Source: an uncultured Nitrospiraceae bacterium (GTDB lineage: Bacteria; Nitrospirota; Nitrospiria; Nitrospirales; Nitrospiraceae). From it: DNA of 64,000 bases. Under the pieces are notes generated by a model that was given only the letters and a program-made list of their open reading frames with translations, made no database searches and was not told where the DNA came from. Positions 51,154 to 60,792 of the stretch are shown here, in pieces (within the stretch, counting starts at the first letter, position 1; each line of letters starts with the position of its first letter). Position numbers and translations under genes: made by a program. Where the stretch lies: assembly GCA_964555285.1 (NCBI GenBank), contig CAZKRM010000001.1, positions 220,792-284,791 of the forward strand, read 5' to 3'.

Positions 51154-52077
51154 TCAATACCGTCGCAAGACCGCAGCGGGTAGGCTCCAGAGATGCCTGC
51201 GAACCGATCCCCAGAGGGCATCCATTGTCGCGCTCAGGTCTGGAGCCGACCGAGCCACCAGCTTGACGGCCAATCCCGGAGCTCCCGGCTCGGAGACACC
51301 CCCCAGCACCTGACTGTGCCGCTCATGGAGGATCGTCGCCAAGCTCTCTTCCAGCCGCTTCCAGGCTTCGGCGTTGACGGCATCGCCGATGACAAAGAGG
51401 GACGCGACATAGTCCCAATCGCCGGCGAAGCCAACCGGATGAGGGCCGGCTTGGGGGGTGAGCCGATATCGCTCCAGTACCGATGCGCCGGACGCCGTGA
51501 TCATCCGAATCTCGTTCTCGAAGCTGGTGAACTGCCAACGCTCCCCTCTCGCCACACGACCGGAGGCCACAGCGTCCCACAGGAGGATCGTGGCGCCCGG
51601 AGCGAGGGTGGCATGGAGCACCTGGCGGAATCGCGATCCGGCAAACGGGATCGTCACATCGGGGACCCATTCCAGGATGGCCCCAGGGCCAAGTGAAAGC
51701 TCCACGGTTTGGATAGCCGGCTCCCCCAGGCTGCGATAGACCCGATTGGCTGAAGGGGTTGAGATGATGACATGGGCACCTTCACCCAGGTTCGCATTGA
51801 TCGTGAGCCGATCTCCTCCCACCAATCCGCCTGACGGATTGACGAGCAGCGTGTAGGCACTGCCGGTCTCATCCAGGTCGATGGGTGGGAAGTGATGCCA
51901 AGGGCTTGTGCTGCGGGAACGGGCGAGGACGGTCCGACCGTCCCGGCGCTCATATTCAAACGAGAGATCGCCGACTCGACCGACGGATGAGAGTTCTAAG
52001 GCGTTCGAGGTTCGAGGTTCGCAGTTCGATTCAAGCAGAGAGTCGCTCTTTAACTTCGAACTTCGAACTTCGAACAT
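51154..52077 (-). CDS. ureD: urease accessory protein UreD
   Basis: ...GDLSFEYERRDGRTVLARSRS...LLVNPSGGLVGGDRLTI aligns with the UreD family. The only in-frame canonical start is ATG 52075-52077 (GAGGAG SD), so ~24 N-terminal codons are hairpin sequence. Confidence 0.88.
   Translation of the reverse strand: MFEVRSSKLKSDSLLESNCEPRTSNALELSSVGRVGDLSFEYERRDGRTVLARSRSTSPWHHFPPIDLDETGSAYTLLVNPSGGLVGGDRLTINANLGEGAHVIISTPSANRVYRSLGEPAIQTVELSLGPGAILEWVPDVTIPFAGSRFRQVLHATLAPGATILLWDAVASGRVARGERWQFTSFENEIRMITASGASVLERYRLTPQAGPHPVGFAGDWDYVASLFVIGDAVNAEAWKRLEESLATILHERHSQVLGGVSEPGAPGLAVKLVARSAPDLSATMDALWGSVRRHLWSLPAAVLRRY
52003..52075. repeat. heptad-periodic hairpin (TTCGAAC type) inside the ureD 5' coding end
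   Basis: Left arm GTTCGAG GTTCGAG GTTCGCA GTTCGAT TCAAG. Right arm AACTTCG AACTTCG AACTTCG AAC. Confidence 0.85.
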
Positions 52078-52095
52078 CTGAATCAGCTCCTCAAC

Positions 52096-52761
52096 CTAAC
52101 CCTTGACCTTCCCCTGCGGCATGCCCTGCTCGACCCACTCGACCACCCGATCGAGTCCTTGTCCAGTGAGTAGATTCGTGAAGATGAACGGCAGCTCGCC
52201 GCGCATGCGGCGGCTGTCGCGCTCCATCACCGCGAGATCGGCTCCCACGTGCGGAGCCAGATCGATCTTGTTGATCACGAGGAGGTCCGAGCGTGTGATG
52301 CCGGGCCCGCCCTTGCGGGGAATCTTATCGCCCGCCGCTACATCGATGACATAGATGACGCGATCCGCAAGCTCAGGGCTGAACGTCGCCGCCAGGTTAT
52401 CGCCTCCGCTCTCCACGAACATGAGTTCGACATCCGGATGACGCTTGAGCAGATCGTCCAGCGCTTCCTGATTGTGGGAGGCATCCTCGCGGATCGCCGT
52501 GTGAGGACAACCGCCGGTTTCGACACCGATGATGCGATCGGCCGGCAAGGCTCCTCGCCTGGTCAAAAACTCCGCGTCTTCCTTCGTGAAGATGTCGTTG
52601 GTCACGACGGCGAGACTGTACCGATCGCGCAGCTTCAGACAGAGCGCCTCGACCAATGCCGTCTTCCCCGAACCGACCGGCCCGCCGACGCCAATGACCG
52701 GAATGTTGGCAGCACGAGCCAGCGTCGGCTTGCCGTTGCCGTGATGGTGGTGTTCGTGCAT
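52096..52761 (-). CDS. ureG: urease accessory GTPase UreG (His-rich N-terminus)
   Basis: [10 protein letters not shown]..., P-loop [15 protein letters not shown]. Confidence 0.96.
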   Translation of the reverse strand: MHEHHHHGNGKPTLARAANIPVIGVGGPVGSGKTALVEALCLKLRDRYSLAVVTNDIFTKEDAEFLTRRGALPADRIIGVETGGCPHTAIREDASHNQEALDDLLKRHPDVELMFVESGGDNLAATFSPELADRVIYVIDVAAGDKIPRKGGPGITRSDLLVINKIDLAPHVGADLAVMERDSRRMRGELPFIFTNLLTGQGLDRVVEWVEQGMPQGKVKG

Positions 52762-52766
52762 AAAAA

Positions 52767-52800
52767 GCTTTCAGCCGTCAGCTTTCAGCCATTAGTCAGG
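52767..52800. repeat. unpaired tandem heptads (TCAGC type) in the ureF-ureG spacer
   Basis: GCTTTCA GCCGTCA GCTTTCA GCCATTA GTCAGG. No complementary array nearby. Confidence 0.6.
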
Positions 52801-53485
52801 AACGGAACAGCCGCGACTCTAATCGACTGTGTCGCATGGCGTAGATGTCTTGCACCGGCGACCATGAAGTGAGTTGCTTCTCGCTCGCAGCCTCTGCGCT
52901 CACCTGCTCGATCACCGGCAGCCAGTTCCCGATCAGCCGCTGTCCCTCTCGCTGTCCGATCGGAAGCAGTTTCAACGCGGCGGAGACCAGACCCACGGCG
53001 GTCTGATAGAGAAAGGCCGCGACGGTTTCTTCCTTCCCCCACCCGGCCGCACCCAATGTGAGCCCGAGACTGACCGCCAAGTGACCGGGCGTCTGTTCGG
53101 CCTCGACGGCCGTACGAAAATCTTGCAAGAGTGGGTGGGCGGCCGGCTGATCGGCCGCAATCCGAATCACCTGCCGTCCCATCTGGCGGCCGGCCGACCG
53201 CGACTCACGCCCGATCTTCATTGCGTCTAGTTCGCGATCGGCCTTGAGGGCAACGTCAAGAATGCCGGCGATGACGGCATCGTGCGCCAGCCCCACAGCC
53301 ACCGCCTCACGCCTCCCGATGCCGGAGCGCAATAGATCGATGACGTAGCGCGACAGGTCTTCCGCATTTGTCACCATTCCACCCTGCACCGCCGCTTCGA
53401 GGCCGGACGAAAACGCGTACCCGCCAGAGGGGAAAAAGTTGTCGATAAAGCGAAAGCCGTTCAGAAGCGATAGAACGCGTGACAT
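52796..53485 (-). CDS. ureF: urease accessory protein UreF
   Basis: 229 aa. FFPSGGYAFSSGLE is the typical UreF N-terminal motif. Confidence 0.92.
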   Translation of the reverse strand: MSRVLSLLNGFRFIDNFFPSGGYAFSSGLEAAVQGGMVTNAEDLSRYVIDLLRSGIGRREAVAVGLAHDAVIAGILDVALKADRELDAMKIGRESRSAGRQMGRQVIRIAADQPAAHPLLQDFRTAVEAEQTPGHLAVSLGLTLGAAGWGKEETVAAFLYQTAVGLVSAALKLLPIGQREGQRLIGNWLPVIEQVSAEAASEKQLTSWSPVQDIYAMRHSRLESRLFRS

Positions 53486-53495
53486 GCCTCTCGCC

Positions 53496-55223
53496 TCAAA
53501 ATAAGAAATACCGTTGCGCCATCGGGAGCACCGCCATCGGGTCGCATTTCAGCACCTGCCCGTCAGCCTTGACGACATAGGTCTCCGGATCGACCTCGAT
53601 CTTCGGCAGCGCGTCATTCAACTTCAAATCGCGTTTGCCGATGCTCCGACACCGTTTCACCGCCGCCGCGCGTTTCTGGAGCCCCAAGCTCTTCGGCACC
53701 TCACGATCCAACGCGATTCCCGACAAGAACGTCAGGCTCGTACTATACGGCGCCCGGCCGAAGCTCCCGAACATGGGCCTGGTCACCACCGGCTGCGGCG
53801 TCGGGATGGACGCGTTCGGATCGCCCATCGCAGCCGACATCAGGAATCCGCCCTTCACCACCATGTCTGGTTTCACGCCGAAGAAGGCCGGTTTCCAGAT
53901 CACGAGATCGGCCAGCTTGCCCACTTCAACCGATCCAACTTCGTGTGCGATGCCGTGTGTGATCGCGGGATTGATCGTATACTTGGCCACGTAACGGCGG
54001 ACCCGAAAATTATCGTTGGCATTGGACAACGCATCCGTCGAAGTCTGCGACAGATGCCCGCGCTGCGCTTTCATCTTGTGCGCCGTCTGCCAGGTGCGGA
54101 TGATCACTTCGCCTACCCGCCCCATCGCTTGAGAGTCCGACGACATGATGCTGATCGCCCCCATGTCGTGCAGGATATCCTCGGCAGCAATCGTTTCCCG
54201 CCGAATGCGCGACTCGGCAAAGGCAATGTCTTCCGGCACCCGTGGGTTCAAATGGTGACAGACCATGAGCATGTCCAGATGCTCATCCATCGTATTGACC
54301 GTGAAGGGCATCGTCGGATTCGTAGACGACGGCAACACGTTCGGCTCGCCGCACACCCTCATGATGTCCGGCGCGTGACCGCCGCCGGCCCCTTCGGTAT
54401 GGAAGGAGTGGATCGTGCGGCCCTTGAAAGCCTTGATCGTATCTTCGACGAAGCCGGCCTCGTTCAACGTGTCGGTGTGAATCGCGACCTGCACGTCGAA
54501 TTCTTCCGCCACATCAAGACAGGTCGAAATCGCCGCCGGCGTCGTGCCCCAATCTTCATGGAGCTTCAATCCGATCGCGCCGGCCTCGACCTGCTCGCGC
54601 AGCCCCTCCGGCAACGAGGAGTTGCCCTTGCCCAGGAACCCCAGATTGATCGGGAATCCTTCAGCCGCTTCCAACATGCGATGGATATTCCAGGCTCCCG
54701 GCGTGCAAGTGGTCGCGTTCGTGCCGGTGGCCGGGCCAGTGCCGCCGCCGATGAGGGTAGTCAGTCCGTTCGCCAAGGCTTCATTGATAATCTGCGGGCA
54801 GATGAAGTGAATGTGCGTATCGATGCCGCCGGCCGTGACGATCTTCCCCTCCGCCGAGATCACCTCGGTGCAGGCCCCGACTTCCATGCCCTTCGTCACG
54901 CCCTCCATCAAGTCCGGATTGCCTGCCTTGCCGACTCCCACAATGCGGCCGTCTCGAATCCCGATGTCGGCTTTCACGACGCCCCACCAATCGAGCACAA
55001 TAGCATTCGTAATCACGACATCCAGTGCCCCCTTCGCCCGCGTGGCTGAAGACGACTGGCCCATGCCGTCACGAATCACTTTCCCGCCGCCGAACTTCGC
55101 CTCCTCCCCCGGCACGGTCAGATCGCGGGTGATCTCGATCAGCAACTCAGTATCGGCAAGACGAATGCGATCCCCTGTAGTGGGACCGTACAGATCGTTA
55201 TATTGGCGGCGGGGAATTTTCAT
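53496..55223 (-). CDS. ureC: urease alpha subunit UreC
   Basis: 575 aa. [23 protein letters not shown] (carbamylated Lys context), MVCHHL. Confidence 0.98.
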   Translation of the reverse strand: MKIPRRQYNDLYGPTTGDRIRLADTELLIEITRDLTVPGEEAKFGGGKVIRDGMGQSSSATRAKGALDVVITNAIVLDWWGVVKADIGIRDGRIVGVGKAGNPDLMEGVTKGMEVGACTEVISAEGKIVTAGGIDTHIHFICPQIINEALANGLTTLIGGGTGPATGTNATTCTPGAWNIHRMLEAAEGFPINLGFLGKGNSSLPEGLREQVEAGAIGLKLHEDWGTTPAAISTCLDVAEEFDVQVAIHTDTLNEAGFVEDTIKAFKGRTIHSFHTEGAGGGHAPDIMRVCGEPNVLPSSTNPTMPFTVNTMDEHLDMLMVCHHLNPRVPEDIAFAESRIRRETIAAEDILHDMGAISIMSSDSQAMGRVGEVIIRTWQTAHKMKAQRGHLSQTSTDALSNANDNFRVRRYVAKYTINPAITHGIAHEVGSVEVGKLADLVIWKPAFFGVKPDMVVKGGFLMSAAMGDPNASIPTPQPVVTRPMFGSFGRAPYSTSLTFLSGIALDREVPKSLGLQKRAAAVKRCRSIGKRDLKLNDALPKIEVDPETYVVKADGQVLKCDPMAVLPMAQRYFLF

Positions 55224-55269
55224 CAGTCTAGGTTCTCCTCTTCACTCTCTGCCCTCGCTTCTAGGATCA

Positions 55270-55368
55270 GGAGGGTTGGCCGGACTGTCCTTTCACTGCG
55301 CGCATCGAACGAGCACAGCTTCATCGTGCGCGTTCTGCGAGCACAAAGGGCGGTCCGGCCGACCCTCC
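55270..55368 (+). repeat. REP-like element, copy H (followed by a half core to ~55410)
   Basis: Arms GGAGGGTTGGCCGGACTGTCCTTT / AAAGGGCGGTCCGGCCGACCCTCC (three T-G). Core CACTGCGCGCATCGAACGAGCAC AGCTTCATC GTGCGCGTTCTGCGAGCAC. Followed by GAGGGTGCGGGTGGCGCGAGCAC. Confidence 0.85.
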
Positions 55369-55413
55369 ATCCTCCGACACCTTCCGAGGGTGCGGGTGGC
55401 GCGAGCACAGGAC

Positions 55414-55884
55414 TTAACCCGACCTCTTCTTGCTGATAAAGCCGTACTCGACTGCTCGCGCGATGGCCTGTTCTTTCACGTGTTGATCATCCAACCGTCC
55501 ATGCGTCAGCCCGTTCATCCCATAGGCCACCCGATTGCCCCCGATCGCCACGAGCGTCACACGCTTTTCTTCCCCCGGCTCAAACCGCACCGCCGTGCCC
55601 GCCGGCACGCAAAGGCGGAACCCATAACTTTGCTCTCGATCAAACTTCAGCGCCCGGTTCGCCTCAAAGAAATGGCAGTGCGACCCGACTTGAATCGGGC
55701 GATCTCCCGTATTGGCCACGGTCACCTCCACCGTCTGCCGCCCACGGAATGCTTCGATGTCCCCTTGTCCGAGGATGATCTCACCGGGAATCACGTCGGC
55801 GAGCTGAAGACTTTTGACGGACTTCCCTTTCGAGGCCGCTTTCGCGCTGAGCTGTGGTCCGGTCACTTTGGCTTTCTTCTTCAC
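55414..55884 (-). CDS. ureB: urease beta subunit UreB (possible Lys-rich N-terminal extension)
   Basis: Canonical core (V/M)[15 protein letters not shown]... GTG 55884 has an AGAGGA SD 9 nt after the ureA stop. The alternative GTG 55794 would give the usual MIPGEI start but has no SD. Confidence 0.9.
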   Translation of the reverse strand: MKKKAKVTGPQLSAKAASKGKSVKSLQLADVIPGEIILGQGDIEAFRGRQTVEVTVANTGDRPIQVGSHCHFFEANRALKFDREQSYGFRLCVPAGTAVRFEPGEEKRVTLVAIGGNRVAYGMNGLTHGRLDDQHVKEQAIARAVEYGFISKKRSG

Positions 55885-55893
55885 GGCAGTCCT

Positions 55894-56196
55894 CTATCGA
55901 ATCGGCTGATGCACTGTCACCAGCTTGGTACCATCAGGGAAGGTCCCTTCGACTTGCAACTCCGGAATCATCTCCGGCACACCGGGCATCACATCGGATC
56001 GCTTCAACAGGGTCGCTCCATCACTCATCAGTTCCGACACCGAGCGGCCATCTCGAATCCCCTCCAGAATCGCCGCCGTGATATAGGCCACCGCCTCCGG
56101 ATGATTCAACTTCAACCCGCGCGCTTGTCTCTCCTTCGCCAACTGCGCCGCGACGTAAATCAGCAGCTTCTCTTGCTCTCTCGGTGTCAGATGCAT
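55894..56196 (-). CDS. ureA: urease gamma subunit UreA
   Basis: [39 protein letters not shown] is canonical UreA. The track ORF starts 2 codons upstream at TTG. Confidence 0.96.
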   Translation of the reverse strand: MHLTPREQEKLLIYVAAQLAKERQARGLKLNHPEAVAYITAAILEGIRDGRSVSELMSDGATLLKRSDVMPGVPEMIPELQVEGTFPDGTKLVTVHQPIR

Positions 56197-56326
56197 AGCC
56201 AAACCCCGTCACTCGTCAATGGTGAGGAATCACGCGACTCTCTCAATCGGCGAATCGTGACAGTCACTAATCCGACCCTCTCTTCCTTACTCTCTCACCC
56301 CGACGGGCAAGAGGCGTCATCGTCGG

Positions 56327-56419
56327 CTAGGGGCCTGGGTTATTTCCAACTGCGCGCATCGGACGAGCACAGTGTTATCGTGCGCGTTCTGCGAGCAAGG
56401 AAATAGCCCAGGTCCCTAG
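56327..56419 (+). repeat. REP-like element, copy I
   Basis: Arms CTAGGGGCCTGGGTTATTTCC / GGAAATAGCCCAGGTCCCTAG. Core AACTGCGCGCATCGGACGAGCAC AGTGTTATC GTGCGCGTTCTGCGAGCA. Confidence 0.85.
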
Positions 56420-56426
56420 CCACTCT

Positions 56427-57137
56427 TCACACCACCAAATGTTGCTTCACTTGTTCCTGACTCAATTCTGATGTCTTGCCCGACGCCACCACCGCCCCTT
56501 TGGCCATAATCACATACCTATCGGCCAGTCTCGCCGCAAAGTGCAGCCCCTGTTCCACGAGTAGAACGGCAAACCGGCGCGCGTTCTTGAACCCGATGAT
56601 GACATCTTCGATCTGGTCGACAATCGAGGGCTGAATCCCTTCGGTCGGCTCATCCAGCAGCAAGACTTTCGGATTCGAGAGCAGCGCACGGCCGATCGCC
56701 AATTGTTGTTGTTCTCCCCCGCTCAGCACCCCGCCGGGCCGCTCAAGAATCTGGGTCAGCTTGGGAAACAGGGCGAACACTTCGTCGAAGGCCGCCTGCT
56801 CGGACCCGTTCCTATCGGACGCCGATCGAGTCCAATAACCCAATTGCAAATTCTCTCGGACCGTCAAGTGCGGGAGAATTTCTCGCCCCTGAGGCACATA
56901 GGCCAGCCCACGCCTCGCCCGTTTATCGGACGGCTCCTTGGTGATGTCGGCCCCCTCAAACATGATGTGCCCCGAGCGCGCGGGCAGCAGACCCATAATC
57001 GCCTTGAGGGTGGTCGTCTTGCCGACCCCGTTGCGGCCCATCAGGCAGGCCACCTGCCCCGGCTCCACTGTCAACGACACGTTCCGGAGAATGTGGCTCT
57101 CGCCGTAATAGGCGTTGACGTTAGTGAGCTGTAACAT
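56427..57137 (-). CDS. urtE: urea ABC transporter ATPase UrtE
   Basis: GRNGVGKTT, LSGGEQQQLAIGRAL, LLLDEP. Branched-chain-type ATPase within the urt cluster. Confidence 0.92.
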   Translation of the reverse strand: MLQLTNVNAYYGESHILRNVSLTVEPGQVACLMGRNGVGKTTTLKAIMGLLPARSGHIMFEGADITKEPSDKRARRGLAYVPQGREILPHLTVRENLQLGYWTRSASDRNGSEQAAFDEVFALFPKLTQILERPGGVLSGGEQQQLAIGRALLSNPKVLLLDEPTEGIQPSIVDQIEDVIIGFKNARRFAVLLVEQGLHFAARLADRYVIMAKGAVVASGKTSELSQEQVKQHLVV

Positions 57138-57897
57138 CCGCCACCTTCTGGCGACCCAAATAGATCTCGACCACCCGCGGATCGGCTTGCACTTTTTCCA
57201 CCGGCCCTTCGCAAATCACCGTGCCCTCGTGGAGCACCGTGACGGTCCGCGCGATCTGCCGGACGAACTCCATGTCGTGCTCGATCACCACGACGGCATG
57301 CTTCTCCGCCAGAGACTGCAAGAGCACCCCGGTCTGCTCGGTTTCCTTGTCGGTCATGCCGGCCACCGGCTCATCGACCAGCAGCAAGACCGGATCTTGA
57401 AGGATCACCATGCCGATTTCCAGCCATTGTTTCTGCCCGTGCGAGAGCAAGCCGGCGCGGGTGCGCGGATAGTCTTGAAGCCCGATGGTCTCCAGCGTCT
57501 CGTCGATCCGCGCTCGTTCGGCCGCGGTCGATTGCCCCAACAATGTCGCGAACACTCCCTTGCTGCTTCGACGGAGAGAGAGATCGAGATTTTCCCAGAC
57601 AGTCAGGTTGCCGTAGATCGACGGCGCCTGGAACTTCCGGCCGATCCCAAGCGCCGCGATGTCGTACTCCCGCATCCCGATCAACTCCATATCCTTGCCG
57701 AAAATCACCCGACCCGCGGCCGGCTTGGTCTTGCCGCAAATCACGTCGAGCAACGTGGTCTTTCCCGCGCCGTTCGGCCCGATCACCACCCGCAGCTCGT
57801 TGTAGTTGACGATGAAGTTCAGGTTGTTGAGCGCCTTGAACCCATCGTAGTCCACGACGACGCCTTCCAAATAGATGATCGAGCCACGCTCTGTCAC
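57121..57897 (-). CDS. urtD: urea ABC transporter ATPase UrtD
   Basis: Start set at GTG 57895-57897, giving (M)TERGSIIYLEGVVVDYDGFKAL.. Shows GPNGAGKTT and LSHGQKQWLEIGM. The upstream part of the track ORF is hairpin sequence. Confidence 0.92.
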   Translation of the reverse strand: MTERGSIIYLEGVVVDYDGFKALNNLNFIVNYNELRVVIGPNGAGKTTLLDVICGKTKPAAGRVIFGKDMELIGMREYDIAALGIGRKFQAPSIYGNLTVWENLDLSLRRSSKGVFATLLGQSTAAERARIDETLETIGLQDYPRTRAGLLSHGQKQWLEIGMVILQDPVLLLVDEPVAGMTDKETEQTGVLLQSLAEKHAVVVIEHDMEFVRQIARTVTVLHEGTVICEGPVEKVQADPRVVEIYLGRQKVADVTAH

Positions 57898-57911
57898 ACA
57901 CCACCATCGGT

Positions 57912-57990
57912 GGAGTGCTGAGTGTTGAGTTCTACGTTCTGAGTTTGGACAGAGCAACTCAGAAACTCAAAACTCAGCACTCAGCACTCC
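57912..57990. repeat. heptad-periodic hairpin (CTGAGTT type)
   Basis: Left arm GAGTGCT GAGTGTT GAGTTCT ACGTTCT GAGTTTG. Right arm AACTCAG AAACTCA AAACTCA GCACTCA GCACTCC. Lies in the urtC-urtD spacer. Confidence 0.85.
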
Positions 57991-58000
57991 TAACTGTCGG

Positions 58001-59155
58001 TTAGCCTTTGCTCGCTGGTTCAGGAACGGCCACGTGTTTATTGAAGCCCCGCCGGCCGCTGCCCAATCTTCGAAACACCCCGACCAGGCCGTCGGGGAAC
58101 AGCAACACCACGACAATGAACAGCCCGCCCAGGAAGAACGGCCACAGCTCCGGGAAATAGTTCGTCAGCATGCTTCGCCCCAGATTCACCCCGACCGCGC
58201 CGATGATGGCCCCAACCAGCGAGCCTCGCCCACCGACCGCCACCCAGATCACCATCTCCAAGGACGGCAGCACGCCGATCTGCGCCGGCGTGATGATGCC
58301 GACCTGGGGGACATAGAGCATGCCGGCCAACCCCGCCAGCGCGGCCGACACGACAAAGACGAACAGCTTGTAGTTCGCCGGCGAATAGCCGGAGAAGAGC
58401 ACACGCTGCTCGCTGTCCCGCACCGCCACCAACACTTTGCCCGCCCGCGATGTGATGATCCATCGGCAGAGCAGATAAGCCCCGCCGAGGCAAAGCACGG
58501 TGAGGACGTACAGCGCCCGCTGGGTACCCGGATCGCTCAACCGAAAGCCGAGCACCTGCTTGAAGTCGGTCAGCCCGTTGGTGCCGCCAAGATTGGTTTC
58601 ATTGCGGTTGAAGACGAGCCAGGCGGACAGAGCAAGCGCTTGCGTAATGATCGCGAAATAGACGCCCTTGATCCGGCTCCGAAACGCTAGGAATCCAAAG
58701 ATCGACGCACACGTGACCGGGACGAAAATCGCCCCCGCCACCGCGAGCGGAAAGCTATAGAACGGTTTCCAGAACCACGGCAATTCCTTGACCTGGTTCC
58801 AGACCATGAAATCCGGCAGGTTGCTCCCGTACACGCTCTCGGTGCCGATGGTCAGCATCAAGTGCATGCCGATGCAATAGGCGCCAAGCCCGAAAAACAC
58901 GCCGTGGCCTAAGCTCAGAATACCGGTGTAGCCCCAGATGAGATCCAGTCCAAGGGCGAGGACGGCAAAGGCGAGAAACTTCCCGAAGCGGTTGAGCGTG
59001 AAATCCGAGACGTGCAGCCAGGAGTCTTCTCCCGGCAAGACATTCAGTGCCGGCAGGATGATGAGGAGGAACAGTCCCACGAGCCAGAAAGTGAGCCCTT
59101 CGCCTCGCTCCTCGCCACCCACAACTCGATCACCCTGCTCTCTGAGATCAGCCAT
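58001..59155 (-). CDS. urtC: urea ABC transporter permease UrtC
   Basis: 384 aa polytopic LivM-like permease in the urt cluster. Confidence 0.9.
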   Translation of the reverse strand: MADLREQGDRVVGGEERGEGLTFWLVGLFLLIILPALNVLPGEDSWLHVSDFTLNRFGKFLAFAVLALGLDLIWGYTGILSLGHGVFFGLGAYCIGMHLMLTIGTESVYGSNLPDFMVWNQVKELPWFWKPFYSFPLAVAGAIFVPVTCASIFGFLAFRSRIKGVYFAIITQALALSAWLVFNRNETNLGGTNGLTDFKQVLGFRLSDPGTQRALYVLTVLCLGGAYLLCRWIITSRAGKVLVAVRDSEQRVLFSGYSPANYKLFVFVVSAALAGLAGMLYVPQVGIITPAQIGVLPSLEMVIWVAVGGRGSLVGAIIGAVGVNLGRSMLTNYFPELWPFFLGGLFIVVVLLFPDGLVGVFRRLGSGRRGFNKHVAVPEPASKG

Positions 59156-59182
59156 GACGTTCCTGACCGTATCGATCGGGAT

Positions 59183-59247
59183 CGAGTGCTGAGTGCTAAG
59201 TTCTGAGTTGGAACCTGAATCCGAAACTCAGCACTCAGCACTCAAAA
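59183..59247. repeat. heptad-periodic hairpin (CTGAGTG type)
   Basis: GAGTGCTGAGTGCT pairs perfectly (14 bp) with AGCACTCAGCACTC. Lies in the urtB-urtC spacer, abutting the urtB stop. Confidence 0.85.
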
Positions 59248-60792
59248 CTACGCATCTGCCTGTCGCCCTTTCATGGCGAACAGCCCGGCGGGCCGGCGCT
59301 GCAGAAACAGAATCACCAGCACCAAAATCAGCACTTTACCATACACAGCGCCGAAGCTGGGCTCCAAGAGCTTGTTCAACCCGCCGATCCCCAGTGAGGC
59401 GACGATCGTCCCGGCCAGTTTGCCGACCCCGCCGGTCACCACCACCATGAAGGAATCCACGATGTAGTTCTGGCCGAGGCCGGGCTCCACATTGCCGATC
59501 AATGTGAGCGCCCAACCGGCCACACCCGCCAGTCCGGAGCCGAAGGCGAACGTGTAGGCATCGACGGTTCTAGTCGGAATGCCGAGACACGCGCTCATGT
59601 TCCGATTCTGCGTCACCGCGCGCACGCGCAATCCCAGCCTGGAACGGAACAGGAGGAGATAGATGCCGAAGACACAGACGGTCGAGAGCGCGATGATGAA
59701 GAGCCGATTGTACGGCAAATAGACCCCGACCATGACCTGCGCGCCGCCCGTCAGCCAGTTCGGCGCAACGACCGACGTCAAGTCTCCGAAATAGACGCGG
59801 GCGGCCTGAATGAACACGAGACTCACGCCCCACGTGGCCAGCATCGTTTCGAGCGGGCGGCCATAGAGGAAGCGGATCACGGTCGCTTCCAGTGCCAATC
59901 CAAACAGCGCCGCCACGAGAAACGACGCCGGCATGGCGACGAGGAAATAGGCATCGAACGATTCCGGCGAGACATGCGCCCTGAATATCTCCTGCGTGAC
60001 GAATGTCGCGTAGGCTCCCACCATCATCAGCTCGCCGTGAGCCATGTTGATCACACCCATCAGGCCGAAGACGATGGCCAGCCCGAGGGACATGATCAAT
60101 AAGATCGAGCTGAGACTGATCCCACGGAAGATCGTTTCGATGGCGCTGGACCACGCGGCCCAGGTTTCGATGCGCTCGATGGCAGCGCTCGCGGATCGCG
60201 CGACCGTCTTCTGTTCATTGCCGGCTTCAGGCGCAGTCCCACCCTCGACCAACTCTTTGAGCGCAGGCACTGCATTCTGACTGCGGAGTTCGCCCAGCTT
60301 GCCCGCCGCTGCCGCCTTGGTGGCGGAATCCCCGGACACGAGCTTGAGCAAGGCCGCCGACTCTTCCATCGTGTACCGGACCCACTTGCTGGATTCCTTT
60401 GCGGCCGCTTCCTCCAACCACGCAATCGCAACCGGCTTGCCCGACGTTCCTAAGTCGGTCGCGGCCGAGCGCCGCACGTCGGCATCTTCGCTCATCAGGT
60501 AGGCCCGGTTCTTCAAGAGATCCATCACCGGCTTGATGGCTTGCCGCAGGCTCCGGTCGGCATTCGACCGAATCTCGTCGAGTTGCGGCAAGAGACCGAC
60601 ATCGCCCTGCTCGGACAATGTGCGAACCGCCGCCTCGCGGACCGCCTCGTCTTCACTGGGGAGATCCTTGAGTGCCTGCTCAATAGCAGACAGCGGAGGG
60701 GCCGTTCCCGACCCCTCCGCCGCCGTTGCCGTTTGTCCTCCCCACAGCACAACCGCCGCAAGAAGGACGACGATGCTCAAAATGGGTTTCAA
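59248..60792 (-). CDS. urtB: urea ABC transporter permease UrtB with N-terminal periplasmic HEAT-like repeat domain
   Basis: 514 aa. Signal/anchor, ~220 aa with D..VR..AA..LG..G repeats, then a LivH-like permease. The TTG start overlaps the urtA stop (TTGA). Confidence 0.88.
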   Translation of the reverse strand: MKPILSIVVLLAAVVLWGGQTATAAEGSGTAPPLSAIEQALKDLPSEDEAVREAAVRTLSEQGDVGLLPQLDEIRSNADRSLRQAIKPVMDLLKNRAYLMSEDADVRRSAATDLGTSGKPVAIAWLEEAAAKESSKWVRYTMEESAALLKLVSGDSATKAAAAGKLGELRSQNAVPALKELVEGGTAPEAGNEQKTVARSASAAIERIETWAAWSSAIETIFRGISLSSILLIMSLGLAIVFGLMGVINMAHGELMMVGAYATFVTQEIFRAHVSPESFDAYFLVAMPASFLVAALFGLALEATVIRFLYGRPLETMLATWGVSLVFIQAARVYFGDLTSVVAPNWLTGGAQVMVGVYLPYNRLFIIALSTVCVFGIYLLLFRSRLGLRVRAVTQNRNMSACLGIPTRTVDAYTFAFGSGLAGVAGWALTLIGNVEPGLGQNYIVDSFMVVVTGGVGKLAGTIVASLGIGGLNKLLEPSFGAVYGKVLILVLVILFLQRRPAGLFAMKGRQADA

